The notes: generated from the letters alone by a model not told the origin. A DNA stretch of 21,680 nucleotides from a virus (IMGVR_UViG_2974628062_000001:108794-130473); one strand, 5' to 3'. Shown: positions 8,270 to 14,697, numbered from the stretch's first letter. A program made the numbers and translations.

Positions 8270-8350
8270 GGGGTTAATCCAGAAGGGGAAGGGAGTGGAA
8301 AGTCCCTCCCAACCCTTCTGGTCCCCAAGCTTCTCAACTTAAGGATGGAT

Positions 8351-8536
8351 ATGGACATCGCAAGCATTCGAAAGCTTGGATATGCACTGCTTCTTTCCTC
8401 CGCTGCTTTGATGTATGCTGGCAATGAAGCGCTGGAAATGAATGCAGTTGTCCTGGCAAACTTCGAATTCTTCGTGAGCATGATTTGCTTCACGAATGGT
8501 GGACTGGCTATCTACATGACCAATGGACTTAAGTAG
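8351..8536 (+). CDS. small 2-TM membrane protein
   Basis: AAGGA SD; hydrophobic. Confidence 0.75.
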   Translation: MDIASIRKLGYALLLSSAALMYAGNEALEMNAVVLANFEFFVSMICFTNGGLAIYMTNGLK

Positions 8537-8541
8537 GGATT

Positions 8542-8790
8542 ATGGAGTACATTAAGTACGAAGCTGGGTTCTTCTTCACCCCGGTTGAATCTACTGGACT
8601 GCTTGACCAGTACGACTGCTACGTGGTACACTCAAGCCTCAAGTACCAAAGAGGTCTGGGATATCCGGGAAGGCTGGAAAGGTTCAGCAGGCTCGGTGAG
8701 GTTCACGTAATCGTACACGCAAGAAACCGGCGCGTTGCTGAAAAGAAGGTTCGTCGCCTTCTCCGTAAGCATTACAGAAAGAACCGATAG
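8542..8790 (+). CDS. hypothetical protein, basic C-terminus (82 aa)
   Basis: ORF track; packed after previous gene. Confidence 0.75.
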   Translation: MEYIKYEAGFFFTPVESTGLLDQYDCYVVHSSLKYQRGLGYPGRLERFSRLGEVHVIVHARNRRVAEKKVRRLLRKHYRKNR

Positions 8791-8819
8791 ACTGCCAATG
8801 ACCCCGAAAGGGCGAGGAC

Positions 8820-8894
8820 AGCCCCAATAGCATAAAATGGCGAATGTACCTAGTTTATAATAGGTGATTGCAGGTTCGAATCCTGCTGGGGTTG
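8820..8894 (+). tRNA. tRNA-like gene with non-canonical anticodon arm (possibly degenerate Ile-TAT)
   Basis: Acceptor AGCCCCA/TGGGGTT, D arm GCAT/ATGT with GG in loop, perfect T arm GCAGG-TTCGAAT-CCTGC; anticodon arm ACCTA-GTTTATAA-TAGGT has an 8-nt loop; no encoded CCA. Confidence 0.65.
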
Positions 8895-9058
8895 CGGAGA
8901 CAATTCATATATTAGAATATGTCTCTATAAAAGAATAAATATAATGAACAGCAGGTCGAATTGCCTCTCGGTAATGAGTCCGTGGCTACAATACCTTGCG
9001 AGGGATAAAGATGGCAATGGTGAGTGCGGCTAACCTGCTAATATAATCTGGAGTTCTT

Positions 9059-9340
9059 ATGCGGCTTAAGGAAGTTGACCTTACTGGTTGGAAGTTCGAG
9101 ACGGAAAAGCACATGGGTTTCCGTGTCATGGGCCAGAATCAGTATTGGTGCTACGTTACTAAGCCTGATGGTGAGCGACTGAAGTTTGTTAGCTTCCAGT
9201 TTGGCCTGATGGTCAATGACCATCTGAGCACGTATGCTTGGACCGACAAGGGCGCTGAACGAAAGTTCATCAAGAGGGTGCGCAAGATGGTTCGAGATGA
9301 TATCGTGGAAGCAGAAAGCAAGACGACTAAGACTCTCTGA
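9059..9340 (+). CDS. hypothetical protein (93 aa)
   Basis: GGAG SD. Confidence 0.8.
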   Translation: MRLKEVDLTGWKFETEKHMGFRVMGQNQYWCYVTKPDGERLKFVSFQFGLMVNDHLSTYAWTDKGAERKFIKRVRKMVRDDIVEAESKTTKTL

Positions 9341-9354
9341 AGGAGACAGCCAAC

Positions 9355-9540
9355 ATGATGATGATTCCCGCTCCGCGTGTTGAGGTTGAGTTCCCGTGCA
9401 CTGAGAAGGGCTGTGATGGTTTCTACGTGCCTTACAGCGATGGTCTGATGGTCTGCTACGACGGACACGTTTCCAGCCTCTCTGTGGACGATGTAGAGCT
9501 TCCGGTTGGCGCACTTGTGCCAGTGCTGGAAGAGTGCTAA
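9355..9540 (+). CDS. small Zn-ribbon-like protein
   Basis: AAGGAG SD; C-x4-C...C-x3-H. Confidence 0.75.
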   Translation: MMMIPAPRVEVEFPCTEKGCDGFYVPYSDGLMVCYDGHVSSLSVDDVELPVGALVPVLEEC

Positions 9541-9598
9541 GGTTGTTCCAACGGCGGGGGAAACCCCGCCAAGCTTCCCAACAAAACAGGAGAATGAA

Positions 9599-10024
9599 AT
9601 GAACAAGAAGAACGTTGCTCTCGCTGTCGGTGCTGTTGTTCTGCTTACTGGTGGTCTGACTGCCTGTAACGATGACGATGCAAAGGTTGCTTCTGAGAAT
9701 GTGTCCAAGGCTGCTGACAACTTTGAGGTCAACCGCCGGATTACATTCATCAATGGTATCACTGACAAGTATCTTGTTGTTGTTACCGGCGCTTGTTCGA
9801 TTGAGGCTGAGTCTAAGCAGCTTGAGGTCATTTGCAAGACTGGTAAGGATGAGTACAAGAAGTTGATGCTTGGCCTTTCTGACAATGTCACGTACACTGT
9901 TGAGCAGGGTGAGCCTGTAAAGGCTAGTGCTTACCACTACCGTATGACCTTCAAGCCTCAGTCGATTCTTCCGGATGTTGATTTCCGGGGCTCTACTGAT
10001 GATGGTCCGCGTAACCAGGATTAA
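9599..10024 (+). CDS. lipoprotein (141 aa)
   Basis: AGGAG SD; signal peptide with lipobox LTAC. Confidence 0.85.
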   Translation: MNKKNVALAVGAVVLLTGGLTACNDDDAKVASENVSKAADNFEVNRRITFINGITDKYLVVVTGACSIEAESKQLEVICKTGKDEYKKLMLGLSDNVTYTVEQGEPVKASAYHYRMTFKPQSILPDVDFRGSTDDGPRNQD

Positions 10025-10072
10025 TATCCTGGGGCCGGGAAACCGGCCAAGCTTGCAATATCCATAACTAAC

Positions 10073-10297
10073 ATGGGGTTGACCGTGAAGAAGATTGTTG
10101 CTAAGCTCCGTCGTAACAAGGACCTGAACACCTTCGTTGTCTACATGACGAATGGCAAGAAGTTCAAGGTCAAGGCTAAGAATGCAACGCTTTGGTACAA
10201 GACAGGAACTGGAATTTGCTGTGACATTAAGTGGGAGGGGCGAGTTACCGACTTCTCTCCTGCCCCTGCCTCTGTTGCCGCTCTGGTTAAGAAGTAA
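10073..10297 (+). CDS. basic hypothetical protein
   Basis: ORF between two cassette elements; start could be GTG 10085. Confidence 0.75.
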   Translation: MGLTVKKIVAKLRRNKDLNTFVVYMTNGKKFKVKAKNATLWYKTGTGICCDIKWEGRVTDFSPAPASVAALVKK

Positions 10298-10354
10298 GCA
10301 ATACCGGGCGAGAAATCGCCCAAGCTTCCCAGCAATCTACCAAGGAGAATTAAA

Positions 10355-10636
10355 ATGCTGGTTGTTCTTGTCAATGACGCTTCTGACCTTCCCTGGTCTT
10401 TCAAGGGATGGAAGGTGAATTACAAGCGGATTGGTCAGACGACTTACGGCTACCAGTTTGTTGACCCGTCTGGTACTGTTCACTCGAATGCGTGCGACGC
10501 TTCTGGATTCTACAAGCAGTACAATGTGAAGTCTGTTGAGCATCTTCTCACTGAGGCTGTGAATTCCTCTAACGCTCGATATGCAATGGAGAAGTACCTT
10601 CTCAAGCACGGTGAGGTTGAGACTGTAGAACTGTAG
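10355..10636 (+). CDS. hypothetical protein (93 aa)
   Basis: AAGGAG SD. Confidence 0.8.
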   Translation: MLVVLVNDASDLPWSFKGWKVNYKRIGQTTYGYQFVDPSGTVHSNACDASGFYKQYNVKSVEHLLTEAVNSSNARYAMEKYLLKHGEVETVEL

Positions 10637-10684
10637 TAAACGGGCGGGTTTTCCCGCCCAAGCTTCCCAACTAAGGAGAATGAA

Positions 10685-10867
10685 ATGCGTACTTACGACA
10701 TCGAAATCTTTTTCATGGATGGCACGTCTCGTAAGTTCAATGGTTGCAAGCGTCCTGTAGATGCTGAAGAGAGCAGCTATGGGGTTATGGAGAATGACGG
10801 AAAGACGGTTCATATCTACCCGATTCACAGGGTTTGCGAGATTGTTCAGGTCCGTCACGATTCGTAA
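10685..10867 (+). CDS. hypothetical protein (60 aa)
   Basis: AAGGAG SD. Confidence 0.8.
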   Translation: MRTYDIEIFFMDGTSRKFNGCKRPVDAEESSYGVMENDGKTVHIYPIHRVCEIVQVRHDS

Positions 10868-10917
10868 GAATCGGCCCGGTTTACCGGGCAAGCTTCCCTA
10901 CTAAGATTGGATACGCA

Positions 10918-11121
10918 ATGTCTCGGAAGACTGAAGCTTTCCGGCGGGATATGATGATGGGTACCATTACTCCTCATATTCCTGCTCAGATTCCCGATTG
11001 GGAGCCATACGTAATCGCAGAGAAGAAGGTTCCTTGCCCACGATGCGGCAAGTCGGTTAAGCTCAATGGAAAGGCTGTTGAGCAGCATTATGCAGCAACT
11101 TCAAATTACATCTGCCACTAG
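10918..11121 (+). CDS. Zn-finger-like protein (67 aa)
   Basis: CPRCGKSV...QH...IC. Confidence 0.7.
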   Translation: MSRKTEAFRRDMMMGTITPHIPAQIPDWEPYVIAEKKVPCPRCGKSVKLNGKAVEQHYAATSNYICH

Positions 11122-11596
11122 AATCGGCAACAGAGAAGACGCACAAACTGTAGCTGAGTGGGATTGGAACGACAATGAGTTCCCCGAAGGATGGTATTAT
11201 CTAGGGGAAGGTGCTCAAAGACTGGTTCTTCTCAGCCCCGATGGTGTAGTCTACAAAAAGGAAAAGCCGGGCGAACATCAGGTCAATGAAGATGAGTTCG
11301 TAAATTACTTCAAGGCCAGTAGGATTCCGGTGAAAAACTGGCGGGTTCCAAAGACTGGCTTGTATGTGATAGGCTTTGAACCAGTAATTGCAATGGAGTA
11401 CGTTGAAGGAAAGTACGACATTGAATGCAGGCGATATGGAGTAGGATTCAATGAGGGTTGTACCTGCTTGCAAACGCCTTGTACTGCATGGGAATGGGAA
11501 AAGCCAACGACTCTATGGGATATCATTGACCTATCAGAGACAAACATTCTGATAGAGGAAGATGGTACGCGAGTTCTGATTGACATTGTGGCCTAA
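11090..11596 (+). CDS. minimal protein-kinase-like protein
   Basis: LGEGAQR (Gly loop), VVYK (Lys), NEDE (helix C), IAMEYVEG (hinge), DLSETNILI (catalytic loop), VLID; start 11066 or 11090. Confidence 0.7.
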   Translation: MQQLQITSATRIGNREDAQTVAEWDWNDNEFPEGWYYLGEGAQRLVLLSPDGVVYKKEKPGEHQVNEDEFVNYFKASRIPVKNWRVPKTGLYVIGFEPVIAMEYVEGKYDIECRRYGVGFNEGCTCLQTPCTAWEWEKPTTLWDIIDLSETNILIEEDGTRVLIDIVA

Positions 11597-11646
11597 CGGT
11601 CAGCGGACGAAAGTCCGCAAGCTTCGTACAATAGAAGGAGAAACAC

Positions 11647-11793
11647 ATGGCTAAGTCGGTTCGTCGCATTCAGTCTCAGAAGATTCAGACTCCCCGGAGC
11701 AAGAAGACGCGAGACTATCGCAACGGAAATGACTTCTCCAACTTCAAGGGTCCTCGCTACACTCGTAAGGCTAAGTACTCTCAGGAGTGGTAA
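11647..11793 (+). CDS. small very basic protein (48 aa)
   Basis: AAGGAG SD; MAKSVRRIQSQK...RKAKYSQEW. Confidence 0.75.
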   Translation: MAKSVRRIQSQKIQTPRSKKTRDYRNGNDFSNFKGPRYTRKAKYSQEW

Positions 11794-11966
11794 TGGAATA
11801 TGTTGCTAGGGTATGTAGCTTCCTGTTTGGTGTGGGAGTGTTTCTACTAATGGCATGGAATTCTCACAACCACCTTTATGGCATTGAGCCTAATATCGGT
11901 GCATGGGGATTCATTGGGATTCCAGTTTCTTCACTGGCTATGGCAGCAGCCATCCATAAGAAGTGA
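11793..11966 (+). CDS. small 2-TM membrane protein (57 aa)
   Basis: TAATG overlap; MEYVARVCSFLFGVGVFLLMAW... Confidence 0.7.
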   Translation: MEYVARVCSFLFGVGVFLLMAWNSHNHLYGIEPNIGAWGFIGIPVSSLAMAAAIHKK

Positions 11967-12032
11967 ATTCCGGCGGGTTACTAAACATCGTAACCCGCAA
12001 GCTTCATCATTAAATACAATTAAGGAATAACA

Positions 12033-12266
12033 ATGGAGCGGTTTCTTCAGGCACTCTTCACGGGCATCATCGGCTTCTTCATTGAGGGATGGATGCTGAT
12101 GCTTTTCCTTGGTGGTGTGCATCACGAGGTTCTTTCCTCAGTCAATCCGATTGGTTACTGGACTGCCTGTCTCCTTTCGGTTCCGCTTGACATCATGATT
12201 GTCTCGTACTTCTCTCTCACGTCGAATCGTGTTGATGAGATTCACAAGGCAGTGGTGATTAAGTAA
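12033..12266 (+). CDS. small 2-TM membrane protein
   Basis: AAGGA SD; hydrophobic. Confidence 0.8.
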   Translation: MERFLQALFTGIIGFFIEGWMLMLFLGGVHHEVLSSVNPIGYWTACLLSVPLDIMIVSYFSLTSNRVDEIHKAVVIK

Positions 12267-12329
12267 AACTCTGGGCAATTACGAGAGCATCGTAATTGCC
12301 CAAGCTTGTCTATAAAGGAGAATGATACA

Positions 12330-12476
12330 ATGAAGCAGGGAAGCGACAAGAAGACCGTTGCGGGCATCGTCGCCTTTGGCGGTTGCTGGCTCGTGGGAGC
12401 CCTTCTGAGCCTCGCAACGACTGTCCTGGTCATCTGGGGACTCTGGGAGGGTATCCAGTGGCTACAGCGCCACTGA
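12330..12476 (+). CDS. small membrane protein (48 aa)
   Basis: AAGGAG SD; MKQGSDKKTVAGIVAFGG...WLQRH. Confidence 0.75.
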   Translation: MKQGSDKKTVAGIVAFGGCWLVGALLSLATTVLVIWGLWEGIQWLQRH

Positions 12477-12538
12477 GAGCTTTTCCGGCGGGTGTGCGTG
12501 TGACCCGCCAAGCTGTGATACAGTAAGGAGGCAAGACA

Positions 12539-12601
12539 ATGAGGCAAGTTTGTCCGTTCTGTCATCGTATGAGATGCATCTGTCGTCATATATTCTCTTA
12601 G
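12539..12601 (+). CDS. Cys-rich micropeptide (20 aa)
   Basis: AAGGAGG SD; MRQVCPFCHRMRCICRHIFS. Confidence 0.6.
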   Translation: MRQVCPFCHRMRCICRHIFS

Positions 12602-12609
12602 GATGAATC

Positions 12610-12777
12610 ATGAAGAAGAGTTCAAAGCTACGCCTGTTCCTCTTGACCAGTCTTGGCGGATTGGTTATACTGGCGATGATGTTCGGGCTGATGATGGGTA
12701 TCCTGATGCTTGACAACAGCCCGAACAAGTGTGCATCCAAGGTAGCAGCAAAGGTCTACGACCCTGCTTGTTTCTGA
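12610..12777 (+). CDS. small membrane/secreted protein (55 aa)
   Basis: AGGA SD; MKKSSKLRLFLL... one TM, C-terminal Cys pair. Confidence 0.65.
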   Translation: MKKSSKLRLFLLTSLGGLVILAMMFGLMMGILMLDNSPNKCASKVAAKVYDPACF

Positions 12778-12779
12778 GG

Positions 12780-12808
12780 TTGACAGCCACACGCAAGTGT
12801 GGCAAGCT
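12780..12808 (+). promoter_or_regulatory. possible sigma70-type promoter
   Basis: TTGACA-17-CAAGCT. Confidence 0.5.
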
Positions 12809-12839
12809 TGCAGCAACGGAACGAACCTGAGAGGTTGAA

Positions 12840-13235
12840 ATGAAGCTCTTCGGTAAGAAGCTTGACAAGGTGCCAGACCAGCGTAAGATTGAGGAACTGG
12901 AGATTGAGCTTGGTCTTACTCCTATCGTAACTGAGGAGAATTTCGAGCGGGAGTTTGACAGGGCTATCATCAATGACTACCGTGAGAAGTACGGTAAGAC
13001 ATGGATTGAAGCTCAGGCATACGAGAGGACTTACTACAATCGTCACAATCATTTTCGTGATGACCCTGAAGAGCGACAGTTGAAGAGGGAATGGGAAGAG
13101 AAGGGTTCAGAGGCTGAGCTTGCTTTTGACGAGACCCGCTCTTTGCTGACTCAGGAATCAAGTCGGGAGGAGTTCGAAAAGGAATTCAACCCGAGTCATG
13201 AGAACAACTACCGCTCTTGGCACTCGTATTACTAA
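12840..13235 (+). CDS. charged hypothetical protein (131 aa)
   Basis: GAGG SD; E/R-rich. Confidence 0.8.
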   Translation: MKLFGKKLDKVPDQRKIEELEIELGLTPIVTEENFEREFDRAIINDYREKYGKTWIEAQAYERTYYNRHNHFRDDPEERQLKREWEEKGSEAELAFDETRSLLTQESSREEFEKEFNPSHENNYRSWHSYY

Positions 13236-13292
13236 AATTGAATAGGGGCTATGGCCCCAAGCTGACGGGTCCTCCGGAAACATGGAGCTGAA

Positions 13293-13655
13293 GTGAAGAT
13301 TCGGATTCGTAACTCTGCCATCGTAAACCCGCGCAAGCCTGATTACGATGCAATCAAGAAGATGGAGAAGGAACTTCTTGGTGAGTTTCCTTCATTCGAA
13401 ATCAATTACAATGAGATGTTGATTAAGGATTTCGAGAATCGTAAGAGGGATGGCAATTGGCCTGCACGTCAGACCATGCTTGAGCTTGGGTACTTGAGCG
13501 AAGAGCTTTACAATACCCCGCAACGATTCGATATCCTTCGTAAGTATTCCATGTGGAGAAAGGCTTACTACGAAAGCAGGATGAACGACCCTGAGAATCG
13601 TAAGCGATATGACGCTCTTCGTTCTCGCATGATGCGTGGAAGGCAGTGGCGTTAA
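13293..13655 (+). CDS. hypothetical protein (120 aa)
   Basis: GGAG SD, GTG start; N-terminus (P.Y..IK.ME.EL) loosely like that of 12840. Confidence 0.75.
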   Translation: MKIRIRNSAIVNPRKPDYDAIKKMEKELLGEFPSFEINYNEMLIKDFENRKRDGNWPARQTMLELGYLSEELYNTPQRFDILRKYSMWRKAYYESRMNDPENRKRYDALRSRMMRGRQWR

Positions 13656-13720
13656 ATTCGCGGGGGTTGAAAAACCCCCAAGCTGTATTACCCCATCGTA
13701 AATAACATAAGGAATGTATT

Positions 13721-14020
13721 ATGAAGCGCATTGCTGCTCTCACTGCCTCTGTCGTTGCTGGCTCGGTTCTTCTGACTGGCTGCGGTTCTCTGGGAAGCGG
13801 AGAGAAGGTCAATCCGCCTGCCAAGGGAATGGTGTACAAGCGTGAGCAGTCGCTTGACAGTACTGGTCATGTGGTTTATGAGCTGAGTCTCACGACTGAC
13901 CGTAAGGCCATTCGTCGTAAGGCTTCTCGTGCCACCCCTTCTAAGCAGAAGGACATCACGGTTTCTGCGAGTGTCTACAAGAGCTGTGAGCTTAAGGAAA
14001 TGTACCCTGCTTGTAAGTAA
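13721..14020 (+). CDS. lipoprotein (99 aa)
   Basis: AAGGA SD; lipobox LTGC. Confidence 0.82.
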   Translation: MKRIAALTASVVAGSVLLTGCGSLGSGEKVNPPAKGMVYKREQSLDSTGHVVYELSLTTDRKAIRRKASRATPSKQKDITVSASVYKSCELKEMYPACK

Positions 14021-14078
14021 GGGTATGGGGCGAAAGCCCCAAGCTTCAAAAACTCTGGGCTAAAAAGGAGCCATCGTA

Positions 14079-14276
14079 ATGGCAGTTCTCACGTACACTG
14101 TTGGCCGCCTTCGTCGCAAGGAATTCCGAGCGACCCTTTCTGAATTCAGCATGAAGGGAAAGGTTGACAATTACGAAGAGGTAAAGGGATTTCTCGATTC
14201 CCGATTCGTAATTGATGCCAGCATTGACAATCATGTGGAAATCATCAAGAGTCTTGATGTGAACTTGGAAGAGTAA
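14079..14276 (+). CDS. hypothetical protein (65 aa), last gene of left array
   Basis: AAGGAG SD. Confidence 0.8.
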   Translation: MAVLTYTVGRLRRKEFRATLSEFSMKGKVDNYEEVKGFLDSRFVIDASIDNHVEIIKSLDVNLEE

Positions 14277-14371
14277 AAACTCTGGGCTGATTTCTAGCCA
14301 TCGTAAAGGCAAAAATTCTGGGTGTTTTTTGGACCATCGTAAATGGGTCCCCGGCGGTTAGGCTGCCTAAA

Positions 14372-14670
14372 TGTACCACGGTTTGTACCGTGGTACAAAG
14401 CTTGCTACAAACCAGGGTCGTTGAATGTTCAACCATTCAACCCTCAAAGGTTGAACGTTGAACTATCCAGCGGGTTGAATGTTGAAAGTTGAACAACCTG
14501 TGCCGACTGGGATTGTACCAACCACTGTAGCAATACAAACGTTGATACAATCCGGGATTGTTGAAAGCTCAACAATCAAGGTCTAAGAGGTTGAACGTTA
14601 AACTACTTCTGTAGCATCGATTGTAGCAATACAAAGCGTGGTACAAAGCCGGTCGGCCAGAGTTGTTGAA
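14372..14670. repeat. non-coding cluster of GTTGAA/TTCAAC and TACAA-type repeats
   Basis: GTTGAA at 14420, 14450, 14457, 14474, 14481, 14488, 14560, 14590, 14665; TTCAAC at 14428, 14436; CGTGGTACAAAGC x2 (14389, 14637); TGTAGCAATACAAA x2 (14526, 14622). Confidence 0.85.
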
Positions 14671-14676
14671 TCCCGC

Positions 14677-14697
14677 ACATCCACACCCTGTGGATAA
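14677..14697. promoter_or_regulatory. DnaA-box pair (perfect TGTGGATAA plus inverted 2-mismatch box, 3-bp gap)
   Basis: ACATCCACA-CCC-TGTGGATAA; TGTGGATAA is the reverse complement of TTATCCACA. Confidence 0.55.

Larger units (their letters stand above)
12265..14342 (+). repeat. bipartite repeat AAAAYTCTGGGY-N11-CATCGTAA (4 full copies)
   Basis: 12265-12295, 14049-14079, 14276-14306, 14312-14342; spacer exactly 11 nt each time. Confidence 0.9.
721..14403 (+). repeat. dispersed intergenic hairpin-(C)AAGCT(T) element, 29 copies
   Basis: 721-747, 1032-1062, 1957-1977, 2980-3011, 3199-3219, 3852-3871, 4673-4705, 4967-4988, 5195-5216, 5447-5466, 6124-6151, 7065-7094, 7314-7339, 7849-7887, 8269-8332, 9553-9576, 10033-10054, 10306-10327, 10642-10665, 10874-10895, 11603-11624, 11973-12004, 12272-12307, 12487-12514, 12786-12809, 13245-13263, 13662-13684, 14026-14046, 14372-14403. 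Confidence 0.95.

Noticed and set aside
8895-8945. HDV-like (theta) ribozyme after the tRNA
   Set aside because: The trailer is AT-rich with a simple hairpin; no nested double pseudoknot could be built.
8972-8990. Hammerhead-ribozyme-like TAATGAGTCCGTG
   Set aside because: Core should be CTGANGA, and the matching stem II 3' arm plus GAAA is missing.
12603-12713. Alternative 36-aa ORF MNHEEEFK...
   Set aside because: The overlapping frame from 12610 has better SD spacing, a coherent TM protein and ends at the next cassette element.
2128-12864. AAGCTT sites inside coding sequences (about 2128, 8371, 10934, 12858)
   Set aside because: No adjacent hairpin; explained by Lys-Leu codon pairs, so not counted as elements.
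721-14403. CRISPR array or anti-CRISPR RNA interpretation of the repeated hairpins
   Set aside because: Stem sequences differ in every copy, spacing is gene-sized and irregular, and no cas genes are present.
721-14403. Classical integron attC cassettes
   Set aside because: No RYYYAAC/GTTRRRY core sites, stems are short and lack attC-type extrahelical bases, and there is no integrase in the window; only the general cassette analogy is kept.
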